Source: Takakia lepidozioides
Taxonomy: Eukaryota > Plantae > Bryophyta
Reading direction: 5' to 3'
Assembly: GCA_030704615.1 (NCBI GenBank)
Contig: CM060731.1
Span: 27,590,001 to 27,654,000 of the forward strand
Length of the DNA stretch: 64,000 nt
This document shows positions 11,501 through 24,393 of the stretch, in pieces. The notes beneath the pieces were generated by a model, which was given only the letters and a program-made list of their open reading frames with translations, did not search any database and was not told where the DNA came from. Position 1 is the stretch's first letter, and each line of letters starts with the position of its first letter. The position numbers were made by a program, and so were the translations under genes.

Positions 11501-11994
11501 ACCCCCCTAAAGCCTACTCCTGCCACTCCTAAGGCTCCTGTTGGTCTCAGTCTGCGCAAAAATTAAGGGTACCCCACAGAACCCGTAAAAGCGTCTAAGT
11601 CCCAAATAGCCCTCTAACACCCCCCAAACGTAGTAGTGAAACTTCACGATTGTTGCATGGCCGCAGCCTATCTGATCCTATATGCTTCGTACCCTATCTC
11701 TAATCCCTCACAATATCTTGCCTCATCCAAGTAGCTCTACGCCAAACTTAAAACACAGAAACTAGAAGAGAGTCACATATCCACCCGCACCACTTATCAG
11801 CCCAGCCCAGCCCAATTTACCGTCGCTCCGAAAGACGACAGCTTCCGTGGAGTATCAAACTTGGTGGTGCTTCTCCATATCTTCGACCCTGCCACTGACT
11901 CTCCGATTGCGGGAGACATCTCCTTCTTAAAATGTTTCCACTTTTCCTAGTTTTGGCACCATAATGAATAAAAACCATCGAAAAATAAATATGA

Positions 11995-14980
11995 GTCTAA
12001 ATATGCATCTACAACATACCCCACCTCCTTCATCTGCCCAGACAAATCTTCTCGGGTCTGCATGGATTTCCTTAATTCTGGGATGCAACTTATCATCTAC
12101 AACAAAGGTGTGCACCCTGTTGCCAACCTCAATGCAGAAGCGACCTGACTCCTTTCTAACCCCTCCGACCTTCATCATTTTTCTCACCTTTGTAGTATCA
12201 TCCCACCTGCCAGCTGCAGCATAGATGTTTGATAGCAACACATAAGTCGCGACATCCTGTTCATCCCATTTGAGGATAGATGTTGCCGCACATTCAGCCA
12301 TCTCCACATTGCCATGGATTCTGCAGGCACCAAGCAAGGCCTTCCACACCACAACATCTGGATTGATTGGCATTTTATTAATCAGGTCCATTGCCTCATC
12401 CAGTTGTCCTGCACGTCCAAGAAGGTCCACCATGCAGCCAAAGTGCTTTATTGTCGGAGTAACACCATGATCTTGACACAGGGAATCAAAGTAGCATCTT
12501 CATTCATTCAGTAGGCGAGTGTGGCTGCATGTAGAGAGAACACATATAAAGGTGATATTGTCCGGCTTCAAGCCGTTCTTTTACATTCCTTCAAATAGTT
12601 GCAGGACCTCCATATAACAACCATATTGTGGGCATATCCTGTGATCATCGCATTCCACGACACCACATTTTGTTCAGTCACATTGTCAAATACTCCATTT
12701 GCATCCTCAATGAACCCCTTCCCCCATCATTTGCTCATAGGTCTCCAAGTCCTCCATCCCACGCCCCTGTTGTGCCTATCATGCAAGCATGGCGTTCCAT
12801 GACACCACATCTCGTTCAGCCATATTGTTGAACACTCCCTCCGCATCCTCAATGTTCCCACATTTGGCATACATGTCCATGAGGGTATTGTCGAGAATCA
12901 CATTTGGTACAATTCCAGCTTTGGCGATGCAACCATGCACCTCTTTGCCCTTTTCCAGGGCTACCAGGCTTGCACACGCATTGCAAATGCAAACAAATGT
13001 TATGCGGCACATCAATTGCTCATAGGTCTCCAAAGTCTCCATCCCACGCCCCTGCTGTGCATATCCTACAATCATCGCACTCCACGACACAACATTTCGT
13101 TCAGCCATACTGTCGAACACTCCCTTTGCATCCTCGATGCACTCACATTTGACATACATGTCCAGCAAGGCAGTGTTCAGGATGCCATCAGGTACAAATC
13201 CATCTTTGACGATGTCACCATGGACCTCTTTGCACCTTTCCAGGGTTTCCAGGCTTGCACACGCATTGCAAATGCAAACAAACATTATGCGGCACATCAA
13301 TTGCTCATAGGTCTCCAAAGCCTCCATCCCGCCCCTTGCTATGCATATCCTGCAATCATCGCACTCCATGACACCACATCTCGTTCAGCCATAATGTCGA
13401 ACACTCCCTTTGCATCCTCAATGCACTCACATTTGACATACATGTAAGCAGGGCAGTGTTCAGGATGACATCTGGTACAAATCCAGCTTTGACGATGTCA
13501 CCATGGACCTCTTTGCACCTTTCCAGGGTTGCCAGGCTTGCACACGCATTGCAAATGCAAACAAACATTATGCGGTCAGGTTTCACCCCTTCCCCCATCA
13601 TTTGCTCATAGGTCTTCGAAGCCTCCATCCCGCGCCCTTGCTGTGCATATCCTGCAATCATCGCCCTCCACAACACCACATCTCGTTCAGCCATACTGTC
13701 AAAAACTCCCTTTGCATCCTCGATGCACTCACATTTGACATACATGTCCAGCAGGGCAGTGTTCAGAATGACATCGGGTACAATTCCAGATGTGACGATG
13801 TCACCATGACCACTTTGCACCAAGTTTCCAGAGCTGCCAGGCTTGCACACGCATTGCAAATGCAAACAAACGTTATGTGGTCGGGCTTCACCCCTTCCCC
13901 CATCATTTGCTCATAGGTCTCTGAAGCCTCCATCCCGCGCCCTTGCTGTGCATATCCTGCAATCATCGCCCTCCACGACACCACATCTCATCTAGCCATA
14001 CTGTCGAAAACTCCGTTCATACATGTCCATGAGGGTATTGTACAGAATGACACTTGGTACAATTGTAGCACTGACAATGTCGCCATGGACCTCTTCGCCC
14101 TTTTCCAGAGCTGCCAGGCTTGCACACGCATCACAAATGCACACAAATGTGATGTGGTCGGGCTTCACCCCTTCCCCCATCATTTGATCATAGGTCTCCA
14201 AGCCTTCATACCACGTCCTTGCTGTGCATACCCTGCAAGCATCGTCTTCCATGACACCACATCTCATTCAGCCATAGTGTTGAAAACTCCCTTCGCATCG
14301 TTAATGCACCCACATTTGGCATACATGTCCACCAGGGCAGTGTTCAGAATGACATCTGGTACATTTCCAGCTTTGACGATGTCACCATGGACTTCTTTCC
14401 CTTTTTCCAGAGCTCCCAGGCTTGCATACGCATTGCAAACACAAACAAATGTGATGTGGTTGGGCTTCACCCCTTCGCGCAGCTGCTCCCGCACTTAACA
14501 TACATGTTGACAAGGGTGTTGAGTAGAAAAAACATTTGTTGTGAATCCACTTTGGATAATGTGAGTGTGCACCTGTTGTCCAACTTCCAGACTTCCATCT
14601 TGATGCACTTAAGCAAGAGACGGACATACACATCTGAATCTGCTGAAATGCCGCCTTGGGTTTAAAGTCTGTAGAGCCTCTGTCAGTCAGTCTGCCACAC
14701 AAAGCATCTTCACATGCCCATAAGTGCCAGAAGAGGCATTGTGGACTCCCTCTCTTGTTCCCCTTTCAGAAGCTGTGGTCATGGTTGAGGTGCCTGATTT
14801 TGTCAACTGTGTCGCTGCAGCTGCTGCCTTTAGTTGACCGCATGCAGGTTTCTTGTAGCTATTGATCCACAAGGAATCAACGTAATCTTGTGCTTGAAAT
14901 CTGGCCGTCTTGGATGAATCTGACCCACACTCTATCCCTTCTCCTTCAGCTATCCATGCCTCTGCACAAATCATGCATTC
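11995..14980 (-). pseudogene. PLS-class pentatricopeptide repeat (organellar RNA-editing factor) pseudogene, PLS-E1-E2-E+, DYW domain missing
   Basis: About six ~101-aa P-L-S triplets (..[69 protein letters not shown]..). These are followed by MVDLLGRAGQLDEA..VWKALLGACRIHGN..TYVLLSNIYAAAGRW..KESG..IEV..HP and a frameshifted MKEVGYV. There are multiple frameshifts and stops. Confidence 0.93.
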
Positions 14981-15663
14981 ATCCTTCAATTCCCAGTAGA
15001 GAGAGAGACAGAGGGAGAGAGGGGGCAACAAAAAAAAACCTTGCAGTAAACATCAGGAAGAACACCAAATCATGGTACTAACAAATGCATCTCAAGGCCG
15101 AGTCTAATGAGAGGGCAAAACAGGCTGAAATAGGTTGAAGAAAAAGGTGCCCTCACCAGACTGTCCTTGACCTTGTGTCATGACCCATGGAGGATTTGAC
15201 CGACCATCAACCCAAAAGGACCTCTTGTGTGTGTTGTTTGTGTGTAGTCAGGTAATGTCGGATTGATCTGTGAGAACTCTTCCAAGAACCTTGCAAACAT
15301 CAGGAAGAATCATGGTACTGACGGGAGCCAAGAGCCCACCTTTGCAGGATGGACAAACTTCTTCAGATCGTACATTAAGAAAAAGCCACACCCTTCCCCC
15401 ATCATTTGCTTGATCCTTCATCTGTCAAGACAATCTCTTCAGCAAGTCTTTAGCTCAGCATGGATTTCCTCAATTCGTTGAGAGCTTGCAGCTTGCAAGG
15501 TGAACGATGGCGGAAAACGCAGATCAAGAAGATCCGGGCATTTCGGGCAGTTTCCAGCAATTTCTATTGGCTTATTTTGGGCGGGCAGCCCAAGCAGATT
15601 TAAAGAATTTGACGACGAAACGTGGCGACGATGACGTGGAGAAGATGACGTGGCGACAAAAAC

Positions 15664-15704
15664 GTGGCACTATGGCACCCTATTCCTGCTCTACGCTAAA
15701 CTAG
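15664..15704 (+). repeat. ~41-bp dispersed repeat ending in CTAG (second copy 23050-23091)
   Basis: gtggcactatggcaccctattcctgctctacgctaaactag versus gtggcactagggcaccctattcctgctctacactaaaactag. Confidence 0.85.
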
Positions 15705-18700
15705 CTTCCGACCTTCGGTCGTCGCTGGAATTTAATAGTGAAACCGAGGTAAGAGGGGGTGTGGGGAGGATTTGACAAGGGGCCCCCCGGAGGAGCTCAG
15801 GTTGTTAGAATCCGGTGAAAGTACTGTCAAAACACAAGCCTCCATTAAGTTCTTACATTAATGTAGTAATAGAAGTAATAACATTTAGAATGTAAGAACG
15901 TTCATACTCCCTCACTAAACGTCCCTCGCTAAACTTTCTTGCTATGTGTTGATTTTAAAGACTAATATAAAGTGTATTTTTAAGAGATCTGTTGTATTTT
16001 TATTGGCTCCTCCCTATAAGAGAAAGACCAGGCATTGGTGCCAAAAATGAGTAAGATCATGATATACCTCCACTAGATAATACCTACATGAAGCATATAA
16101 TCCTCCCCCACTTGAATGTTAACTTGAATGTACCTTGATTGGATAAGACCCATAAATTTTGGTTTAGAAGCATATAATCGACACGACATCACCTGTAAAC
16201 GTGACAAAATATTAGTGGATGTAGAGTGTAGGGTACTGCTACATGGGATATACGAGTCATGGTCACTTTTGGATGGACCTATTTTTCTTCAGTTTAGCCA
16301 AGTCCTAAGTCTGCGCAAGAAGATCGCGACTTGATGAGAATACCTCGGACAGTGAACAATAGGCTCAAGGTTAGGCTATGGAGTTGAAGACGACTTATAC
16401 TCTAGCTGGTGGTTTGTCCATCAGTATGCATAGAGAAACGTAATGATTTGATGTAACGACGAGGGAACTGGTATGGCTTCCATGCTGCTTGCGTTTAAGT
16501 CTTTATTGCCTCATTGCACCACAGAGTTTGTTTTGTTATGTCAAATTAGGATCTCGAGTCTGAAGCCATGCATATAGGGAGTTTTTGGGCAATGCCACAC
16601 TATACAGCTTTGCTTTTGGGTTGTGTACATCTCTGAACATTGTCACAACAGGTTCTAGGCAGCCTATGCTCGGATGTACAAAGGCAACATTCATGCAATT
16701 GCAACTGTAGCATAGCTGTGTCGACTTGGCATTACAGGGCTTGAATACGTCGACAAAATGGAGTTAGAAGGCTCTGATTAACCCGAGGATTTACCAGGAC
16801 GTCAAGAGGGCCTTACCTAAATTACCCACAAAATTTGAGAATTTTCGGTTAAGGTTTGTAGCAGCACCGAATTACGAGGCAAAGAGCACTCACGGTGACC
16901 TATTTTAAAAAGGTTTATTCAAGGAAAATTGGAGGATGAGCGGAGAACTTCATCCATCCAGCGATTCTATTGGATGAAATTCATCTACTGGATGAAATCC
17001 GTTCTAGTGGATGAAAAATCTATCTATTGGATAAAATCCATCCAGGGCTCATATTTTATTACTTGTTTTTGCTTGGTCAACAAGTTTTCCAATAGACTGG
17101 ATTAAAATACAAACTTTTTAAGCAATTAGGAGAGGCGATCGTGACCGTCGATCAAATAGGACCCTCATGAATGAGCCCAATAGATTTGACTAAACTATAT
17201 TATTACTCATTATTTTAATAAATATTTTCTATTTTTTATTAGGACCAAAGTAGTATATAAGAGAGGCAAGGCCCCTTGCTTCTCACTTGTGCTTTCCTCT
17301 TGTTTGTTGTTGCTTTGTTTATTTCATGGGAGCTAGGTCTTAGAGAGTTGAGCTTGTGGCTCTCTAGTATTAGAAGTAAACATAGTGAGAGCAGGATAGT
17401 CCTAGCTGAAGGCCTTGTGGCCATTTGAGGCAAGAAGTAGAGGAAACGCTCCATGAAGTGAGAGACTTGAGGATGAGTAGGAGTGCCGGAGGAAGACCAG
17501 GCTTGAGTACCATTCTACCGAACGATTTAGTGCATCCCAAGCACCACTTGTTTCAGAGGGTGACTTACCATACATTCTTGACCTTTGAATTCATTCATTT
17601 CATTTGTTGTTCAAGCTTTGTCCAAGAAGGGACCTTATAAGCATTGTTTGCTAAAAATCTATAAAAACTAACCCTCTTTCAAAGATGATGTGTGTGCATC
17701 TCTATGTACATGTGTGAAGAACATAGGTGTGAAGCCCCATGAGACAGGGCCTTAGGAATCTAACCCAATTACGTCATGGAAGTGAGGGTAGATGTTCATT
17801 ATTATGTTTAAGGAGAGGGCGAGCTTGCATGAAGTGGCGAAGCTCTTGTCAAATTTCCCTTTCTAGCTTAGTGACGACGGCCATATTGCATGAGACGGCG
17901 AAGCTATCGCCAAAATTTCCATATTATTAAGTTCATATCTATGATTCATAAGCCCTCTGGCCATAGATGACCATGGGAGACATTGCTAACTAGCTTTATA
18001 AGTGGTTAACCTATTTTGTAGAGGGCTGCCAAAAAGGCAGAGCCCAACACTTAAGTGCCGGCGCCTTAGGCGCCTTTGGGTTGGAGGTCAACCAAGGAGG
18101 TTGTCTAAATCGCCATGGAGAGGCGTATCTAACACGGGTGGCGTGGCCTTCCCCCGTGGGGGGAGTTGACCCCTGGAGCAAAGTACGGGTCGCTAGTACA
18201 CTGCGTGGCAGCACGGCGCCATAGCTGGGCCCGCGCAGGTATGACACGAGCGGCATAGACGACGGAGCCTGCCTATTACCCGCTGGACCCGTGTCGGCGG
18301 CGGGCCAGCCATACCGCGCCACATAGCGCTGGCCGCGGGGTATCGGTTTTAACCGCTGGATATTACGACGGACCCCGCTAGGGATTGTTGGTCCCTGGGA
18401 CGGGTATTTTAAGGGGGGTTTTCTCCTTATGCCTTTGATTTCTTGTGCACTATTTATGGTGTTCTTCTTGCATGGGAACGAGGGCGTGTTTTAGCAAATG
18501 ATAAAAAATGGTTGGAACCATTGGATAGGCCCCAGTGAGGCCATCAATTTGATATGTATTCCGGGGCTTGTAAAAGCACGGCTCACGGGTAGATGCCACA
18601 AGCAGAGAGAAAGAGCCCAGAGACAGGGAGGAGAGAATCCCTGGGGGAGTTTCACAAGGTAGAAGATGACATGTTTCAACTTCGTTCTAGGCTGGTTGTC

Positions 18701-19589
18701 TGCATAAATTAATCAGATTATATTGGAAGTAGGTGGAAGAGGCGAAGGGAATGGACCCTGGGACCCACTGAATGTTTAATCATTGTTTACACACAAGGGT
18801 GGCGAGGAGATAAGAAACTGATGGGCGGCAGATTTCATTCATCCTGGCTCGGTGATGGTTTAAGTTGCTAATGCGTTCTTGAATGGTTTGGAATAGGAAT
18901 TTAGGGGCGCTCCCAAGTGGAGAACGGTTCTCCAACGCCGCTCCCGGCATAAAGGGCGTTCCCAGGGCGTTCCCCTGGTACCTTGAAGGTAATTTAGTTA
19001 GCTCCAACATCCTACGATGATTCTCTATTTCTACGAATTTCATGCATTTGTAGGATTATTTTAATGATTTGTTCTTTATTATTTAGCAGGGTAATTCTCC
19101 TTTATTAAGGGATTCTATCCGGACCCCCTTAACTTTCAAACGCAAGTTTTAAGGGCAGTATTGCCCCCTTCCGCCTACGCCATAGCCACTCTCACCCTCT
19201 CTCTCTCACACACACACCCACACACAAAAAACACACGTAGAGAGGAATGGCCACCTGATGTGCATACTTGGGCTTGAGGTCGCGATGTAGAATGGGAAGT
19301 AACTTATGTTCGTGCAAAAAATCCATGCCTCTGCAAAGATAATAATAAACATGTACAGTCACTGACTAAAAATGTATCATTTCTCTTTTATTGGTTCAAA
19401 GGGAGCCAGTCACCAGAAAATAACTACTAAACTGGCCAATGAGAACTTATGTTTCCATCCAGAGAGTCAACACATTCATTTCACCTCTCACAAATGGACA
19501 ACTTGATTGAGCTATGAGTCTGGTTTCAATGACAGAGATGTGAGTTGCTAATGGCAAAAGTCGGTTACACCAAGCTTTTAAATGGCCCT

Positions 19590-20065
19590 TCGCAAATTCT
19601 TAACATGTCTTCAAAGGAAGGCCAAGATCCTGCTCTGGAAACTACACGCCTCCAAACATCTGGAAATGACTGGCTGCCTTATATTGGAAAAGGTTGGAAG
19701 GAAGGGTTTAAAGCAGGGGCTGGAGTCTCCGATGAAACATAACCACCTCCAATAACTACTGTCCTCATGAATTTATCATCCACGTAAAGAACATTACTCA
19801 CAATAAATATAACATGTAAAGGTCCTGTGAATCAACTTCAATGACCTTGGACCTTACTTGCCTGCTTTGAGGATAAAATCAAAGTAAGAAAAAGGTCTTC
19901 CATTCATGAGGAACAGTAAACAACACTCCTCTCTATTGTCTCTCTGTCTGTATATCAAGCTACACAAAACTAGAACCATTACCTAGCAATGTCAAGGGCA
20001 AATTTCACTGCAGTCACAGCATCCAATCGACCTTTCATCTCCAAAAGACTGTGCAAATGTCCTTG
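19590..20065 (-). pseudogene. Raf-like (VIK/ILK-type) protein kinase exon remnants
   Basis: GHLHSLLEMKGRLDAVTAVKFALDIAR followed by a gtaat donor near 19981 matches VIK/ILK subdomains V-VIa. WPSFEDMLRI near 19600 resembles subdomain XI. I did not find the other exons. Confidence 0.55.
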
Positions 20066-21014
20066 CACACCCAGAAGCATGTAAAATAGCTCCGCAAGCC
20101 AACAACCCAAGAAGCAATGTGCCCGACCTCCCATGATGGCAGGTAGAGGTGTTCCTGCAGATGTAGGATACATTACACACCCCATGGACATAGTCCCTGC
20201 TGAATACTAACCCTCCCAGAGCTAGTTATGGGGTTTCAGGTCATAAGCATATATGAGTTGCTGTAGTGCCCAGACACAGCTGATGACAATCCCGTTAAGA
20301 GAGAATGTACTCATGAGACGTTTGCTGCAGAATTGTCAAGTACCCGGCCGCTGGGGGGGGCTTGGGCCAAGGAACGGCCATTGTTTTATTAGATCTCTGG
20401 AATTACCTAGAGGTTTGATTTGTTATCATTCACCCGATGGACTGACCATTGAGGTTGAATTTTGGATCGCTCTAAGCAGAAGAGACTGACTTGGGAAAGC
20501 GGATCCGGTCCCTTCCTAGGAGGTAGGACACTTATCCACCTCGGGATTTAGGGGAGGGCATTGGGCGGAGATAGATGATCCCCGTCTCCCTGGGCTCGGG
20601 ATTCGTTTTGTGAAGGGATTTGAAGGTTCGTCCCGGCTATAAACGTGTTGGGAGTCCAGACATGTAGGGAGTAGTAATAAACAAAGACTTGGAAGACAAT
20701 TACGATTAAAGACGTAGAAAACCCATAAACAAAACGTAGGACTAGGAAACGCAAATCGCCCTGTGAAGTGGAGTTGTTAAGCTTTGTTTTGCCGGTAGGA
20801 AGTTAGACTATTTAGATCCGTCCATAGCTGCCATGGACCCCTGCACTTACCGCAGCCGAGTAGGCGGTTCGTTGAGCCCAACCTACACCGCAACTTGCCA
20901 CGACCCCCTAGGCTAGTATGCCGTTACCCTGGCCACGCGCGACCAGGGCTCGTCATATGTGTCTGACACACGCTTTGTATTGCATGATGTGGGGGAAAAT
21001 GATTTTTTTTTTTC

Positions 21015-21140
21015 TCTTTGCCACCGCAGTGAGAAGCTGGCCATTGGTTTTGCATGACCCCTATGTCACCTCCTCCTCCACTAAATTTACAGTTGTTATC
21101 AAACATCTATATTGCTGCAGCTGGCAGGTGGGATCTATCT
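21015..21140 (+). pseudogene. PPR DYW and E-domain fragments
   Basis: ctt tgc cac cgc agt gag aag ctg gcc att ggt ttt gca = LCHRSEKLAIGFA (HSEKLA motif), followed ~50 bp later by LLSNIYIAAAGRWD. Confidence 0.7.
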
Positions 21141-21404
21141 GAGCAGCAGAATGTTCTCTCTGCATTTTACCAGCGCCTAATAACAAGCTGTATGTCCCAT
21201 CACATTTCACATGAGCTTGTTCTTCTTTGTACAACAATTTGACACATAGAATAGTTATATAACTACATGTTATGTGCTAACTCTCTTTCTCAAAAAGATG
21301 CAGAGAGGAAAGGGAGATTGTCAATGCCCAATGTGAGGGTGGCCTGAAGACAATATCCGTTTTTTGGTACAATGTCTGGGGGTATTCTCATCAGGCTGAG
21401 CCTG

Positions 21405-21500
21405 ACCTCTCTGAACTTGTTTCTAGTCTGTGACATAGGAGAGGCCATCATTGATGACCTCAAGGGTTTACCCACCCTTGGCACTAGACTGAAATATAAA
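21405..21500 (+). mobile_element. Fragment of the LINE-derived repeat family also found at 54640-56762
   Basis: ctgaacttgtttctagtctgtgacataggagagg...gacctcaagggtttacccacccttggcactagactg matches the 5' ends of the minus-strand copies at ~56235 and ~56762. Confidence 0.75.
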
Positions 21501-23933
21501 CTCGGGCAACCTGAAGACACATGGATAGCATTGTGGCTACTAACAAATGAAGAAAGAAAGAAGGTGGGTCTCTTTTGAACATATTCATGAAAGCTCACAA
21601 AACAAACTACCTTCAATTTCGAAGAGAAATACGCATATCCGCATCAGTACTTTTTATCAAGACACATTTTGTTCAAAACAATAATATTGGTCACTGAGTT
21701 TATGTAGACAACTATTTTTGTTAAGAATCTTCAAATAATATGGAAAAACAATATGTTAATGCGGAGAGGCAGACAAAATAAACCATTTGAATCTACACCA
21801 ATTGCAAATAAAGATGAAAAAGATATCATATAAACAACATTCATAATCCAAATCAAATCATAATTCTGCTTGTTAATCATAATCAAATCAGATTATAATT
21901 CTGCTTGTTGTATCAAAATGAGCCACAATCATTACACCGGTCAAATGAATCTTGAAATGAAATATAGAGGAAAAATACAGAAAAATACAAAAATACAGAA
22001 AAGGGGTTCCATTCCCCCTCACTTCTTGGGCATAGATAGAGGTAGCTATATCAAACAATGAAATACAAAGATGTGACATACATGGATGTAAGACCATGGA
22101 ATGACCCACCCCTTTTTGTGCCAATTGAACGTAGTTCTCAGAATTCGTCGCTAGTAGTGCGGAGCAACGCGAAGCCCTAAGAATCCAATTGGGTTGTAAG
22201 CTGTGGTGGGTAGCCTGATGGTAAGGTGATAGCGTTGCAGGCGGCGAGGTTTCGAGACCAAGCGTGGGTTACACTGACTGGAGTTACACTCCATTCTGTG
22301 TAACCCCGAGTGAAGTTACACACCTAAGTAACCCCAAGTGGAGTTACGTCATCGTGTAATCCCAACTGGAGTTGACACTACTTCAATTCCATGTCACTCT
22401 CAAGAGAAGGTGGGAAAGATTTGACATACCGAAACCGGCATACTATCCTGTCAGAGGTTGCATGTGTGCATTAAGTTCTTACATTATTCCTATTATCTTT
22501 CGTCAATCAGTCAATGGTAATGTTGATGAAAAACACTTCAACTCCTGGAATCCACCAGCTGACATAACTAAAAGCTATAGTTTTAATTGTTTAAAATATA
22601 GACAAGAATAAAAATCTAATATTAAGAATTTTAAATTTTTATTCGTTATTATCTTTATCATATTTATTATATATATATGTACGATTGTAATATATTAGTA
22701 ATTTGAAACTTGTTCATCCCAAAACCAACGGATTAAACTTGTGAGATTTCGATAAGTGGGTAAACCATTGATTTCTGTTTTGTGGTTTTATCTTAATTAG
22801 TATACCATACAGACGTGTTGTAACATACGTTGAATGTGTGAAGAAACAAAAGAATGGAATAAAGTAATATAAGAGCACATTTGCAAAAATAAAAAAGGTA
22901 TATATATGTATTTCTGGTTTTTCCCTTCCCATGCAGCTTATGACAACGATGACATGGTGATGATGACGGTTTTCAAGAACCAGTTTTTTTCTTTTTCTTT
23001 TTTTTCCTTCTGGCAGTCCAGGGAGCTTCAAAAAAATATGGAACATGCAGTGGCACTAGGGCACCCTATTCCTGCTCTACACTAAAACTAGTCGGGGGTC
23101 CTAATTAGTCACTTGAACTAAATGAGCGGTACCAGCGCATATGGATGAATGCTGCTCGTAATGGATGAATATGATTTAATCAATAGACTGTTCGTCAACC
23201 ACTTGTGCGCCAGCAGGACGACAAAATATGTTCCAATTTGCCAACAGGTTCGTGCGTTAAATACGCAGGGCCCACATGTCCAGTGGTATGTACTGAATGA
23301 TTGGACGAGCGTTGGATAGCATTCATCCAGATGGCGTCGTCAGAGCCAGATCCGGATAAAAAGTAGCTGTGGTCGGCGACGAGCTCAGACAAGCTGCACG
23401 GCCAACCGCGCAGGCCAACAGCGCGATCCCTGGCGGCGGCGTGGGGCATGGTCGGCGCGGTGTGGACACTGTTCCATTAATGTCCATACCTGCACCCCTC
23501 CACTCCCATCATCCATGACTGTCAAGGCTCCTAACTTCTCAGATCCCAGTGTCTGTTACACTGACTCTGTAAGTATCATTAAGTATCATTAAGTATCATT
23601 AAAGTAAATATATATATTGATGTAGGGCCCGGATTACATTTGTTTTTAATTTGTTTTTTAGAGAAAGGGGATTACATTACATATTCTCTGAAATACAAGC
23701 AAAATATTTAAAATAAAACAAAACAAAACATATTTTAGGCTCCTCCCCAGAAAATACTACCCACGCAATAACTAGGAAAGGGAATCTTCCAAGTAACAGA
23801 TATACAAAAGTGGCTATATAACAGGTGGCACGTTTGTACAGGTCGACGTAACCAAAATCTGGCTCATAATATTCAACTACTGACACTTTCTAACGAATTT
23901 TTTGATCTTTACCCTCCATAATACCTTGTATGT

Positions 23934-24393
23934 ATGTATGTATGTATGACGCCAGCCGAAGCTAGCGTAAATAAGAGCCCTTCCCCGCATTCCTTTGTAC
24001 AAGTAGCTAGCTGACCCATTTTCCAGGTTGAAATCATATCCAATATGTATCCCCACATATATCAATGGCAAAATAATACATACAATAGCAAATTTGAATA
24101 ATTATACTCAACATCCATTGGCTTTGTAACAGTAATTGGGAAATAGGAACTGATAATGGGTGGTGTGACCCTATTATTTTTGCTTGCAAAACCCCCCTAC
24201 TACGAACCATGCACTTCAGAGCCATCACTTCACTTCCAGCCATTCTCCTTAACAAACGAAAGATTGAGAGTGGCCAGCTTGGCGCTTAAGTAATTGGTTC
24301 TGGTTTCTATAAAGCCCACCCCCGTAAGGAGTACCCATATGGTAAGAGGCTCTTATTTACGCTAGCTTCGGCTGGCGTCATACATACATACAT
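23934..24393. repeat. 46-bp perfect inverted repeat pair with outward-facing (TACA)n tails (MITE-like, or two opposed retroposon 3' ends)
   Basis: 23934-23979 is the exact reverse complement of 24348-24393. Confidence 0.9.

Larger units (their letters stand above)
7860..11918 (-). mobile_element. Truncated Ty3/gypsy (Tat/Ogre-like) LTR retrotransposon: 5' LTR, PBS, extra 5' ORF, gag; pol absent
   Basis: Minus strand reads ...ACA-TT-TGGCGACCGTACTGGGA (LTR end then PBS) at 10631-10610. The putative LTR 10629-11918 is bounded by TGTC...GACA. Gag has a retrotrans_gag motif and three CCHC knuckles and breaks off after VTRSKAK, before any protease. Confidence 0.8.

Noticed and set aside
16000-16800. 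Degenerate coding sequence
   Set aside because: No recognisable motif in any frame.
17220-17930. Solo LTR
   Set aside because: TATA-like and LTR-like composition, but I could not fix TG..CA ends, a TSD or a second copy.
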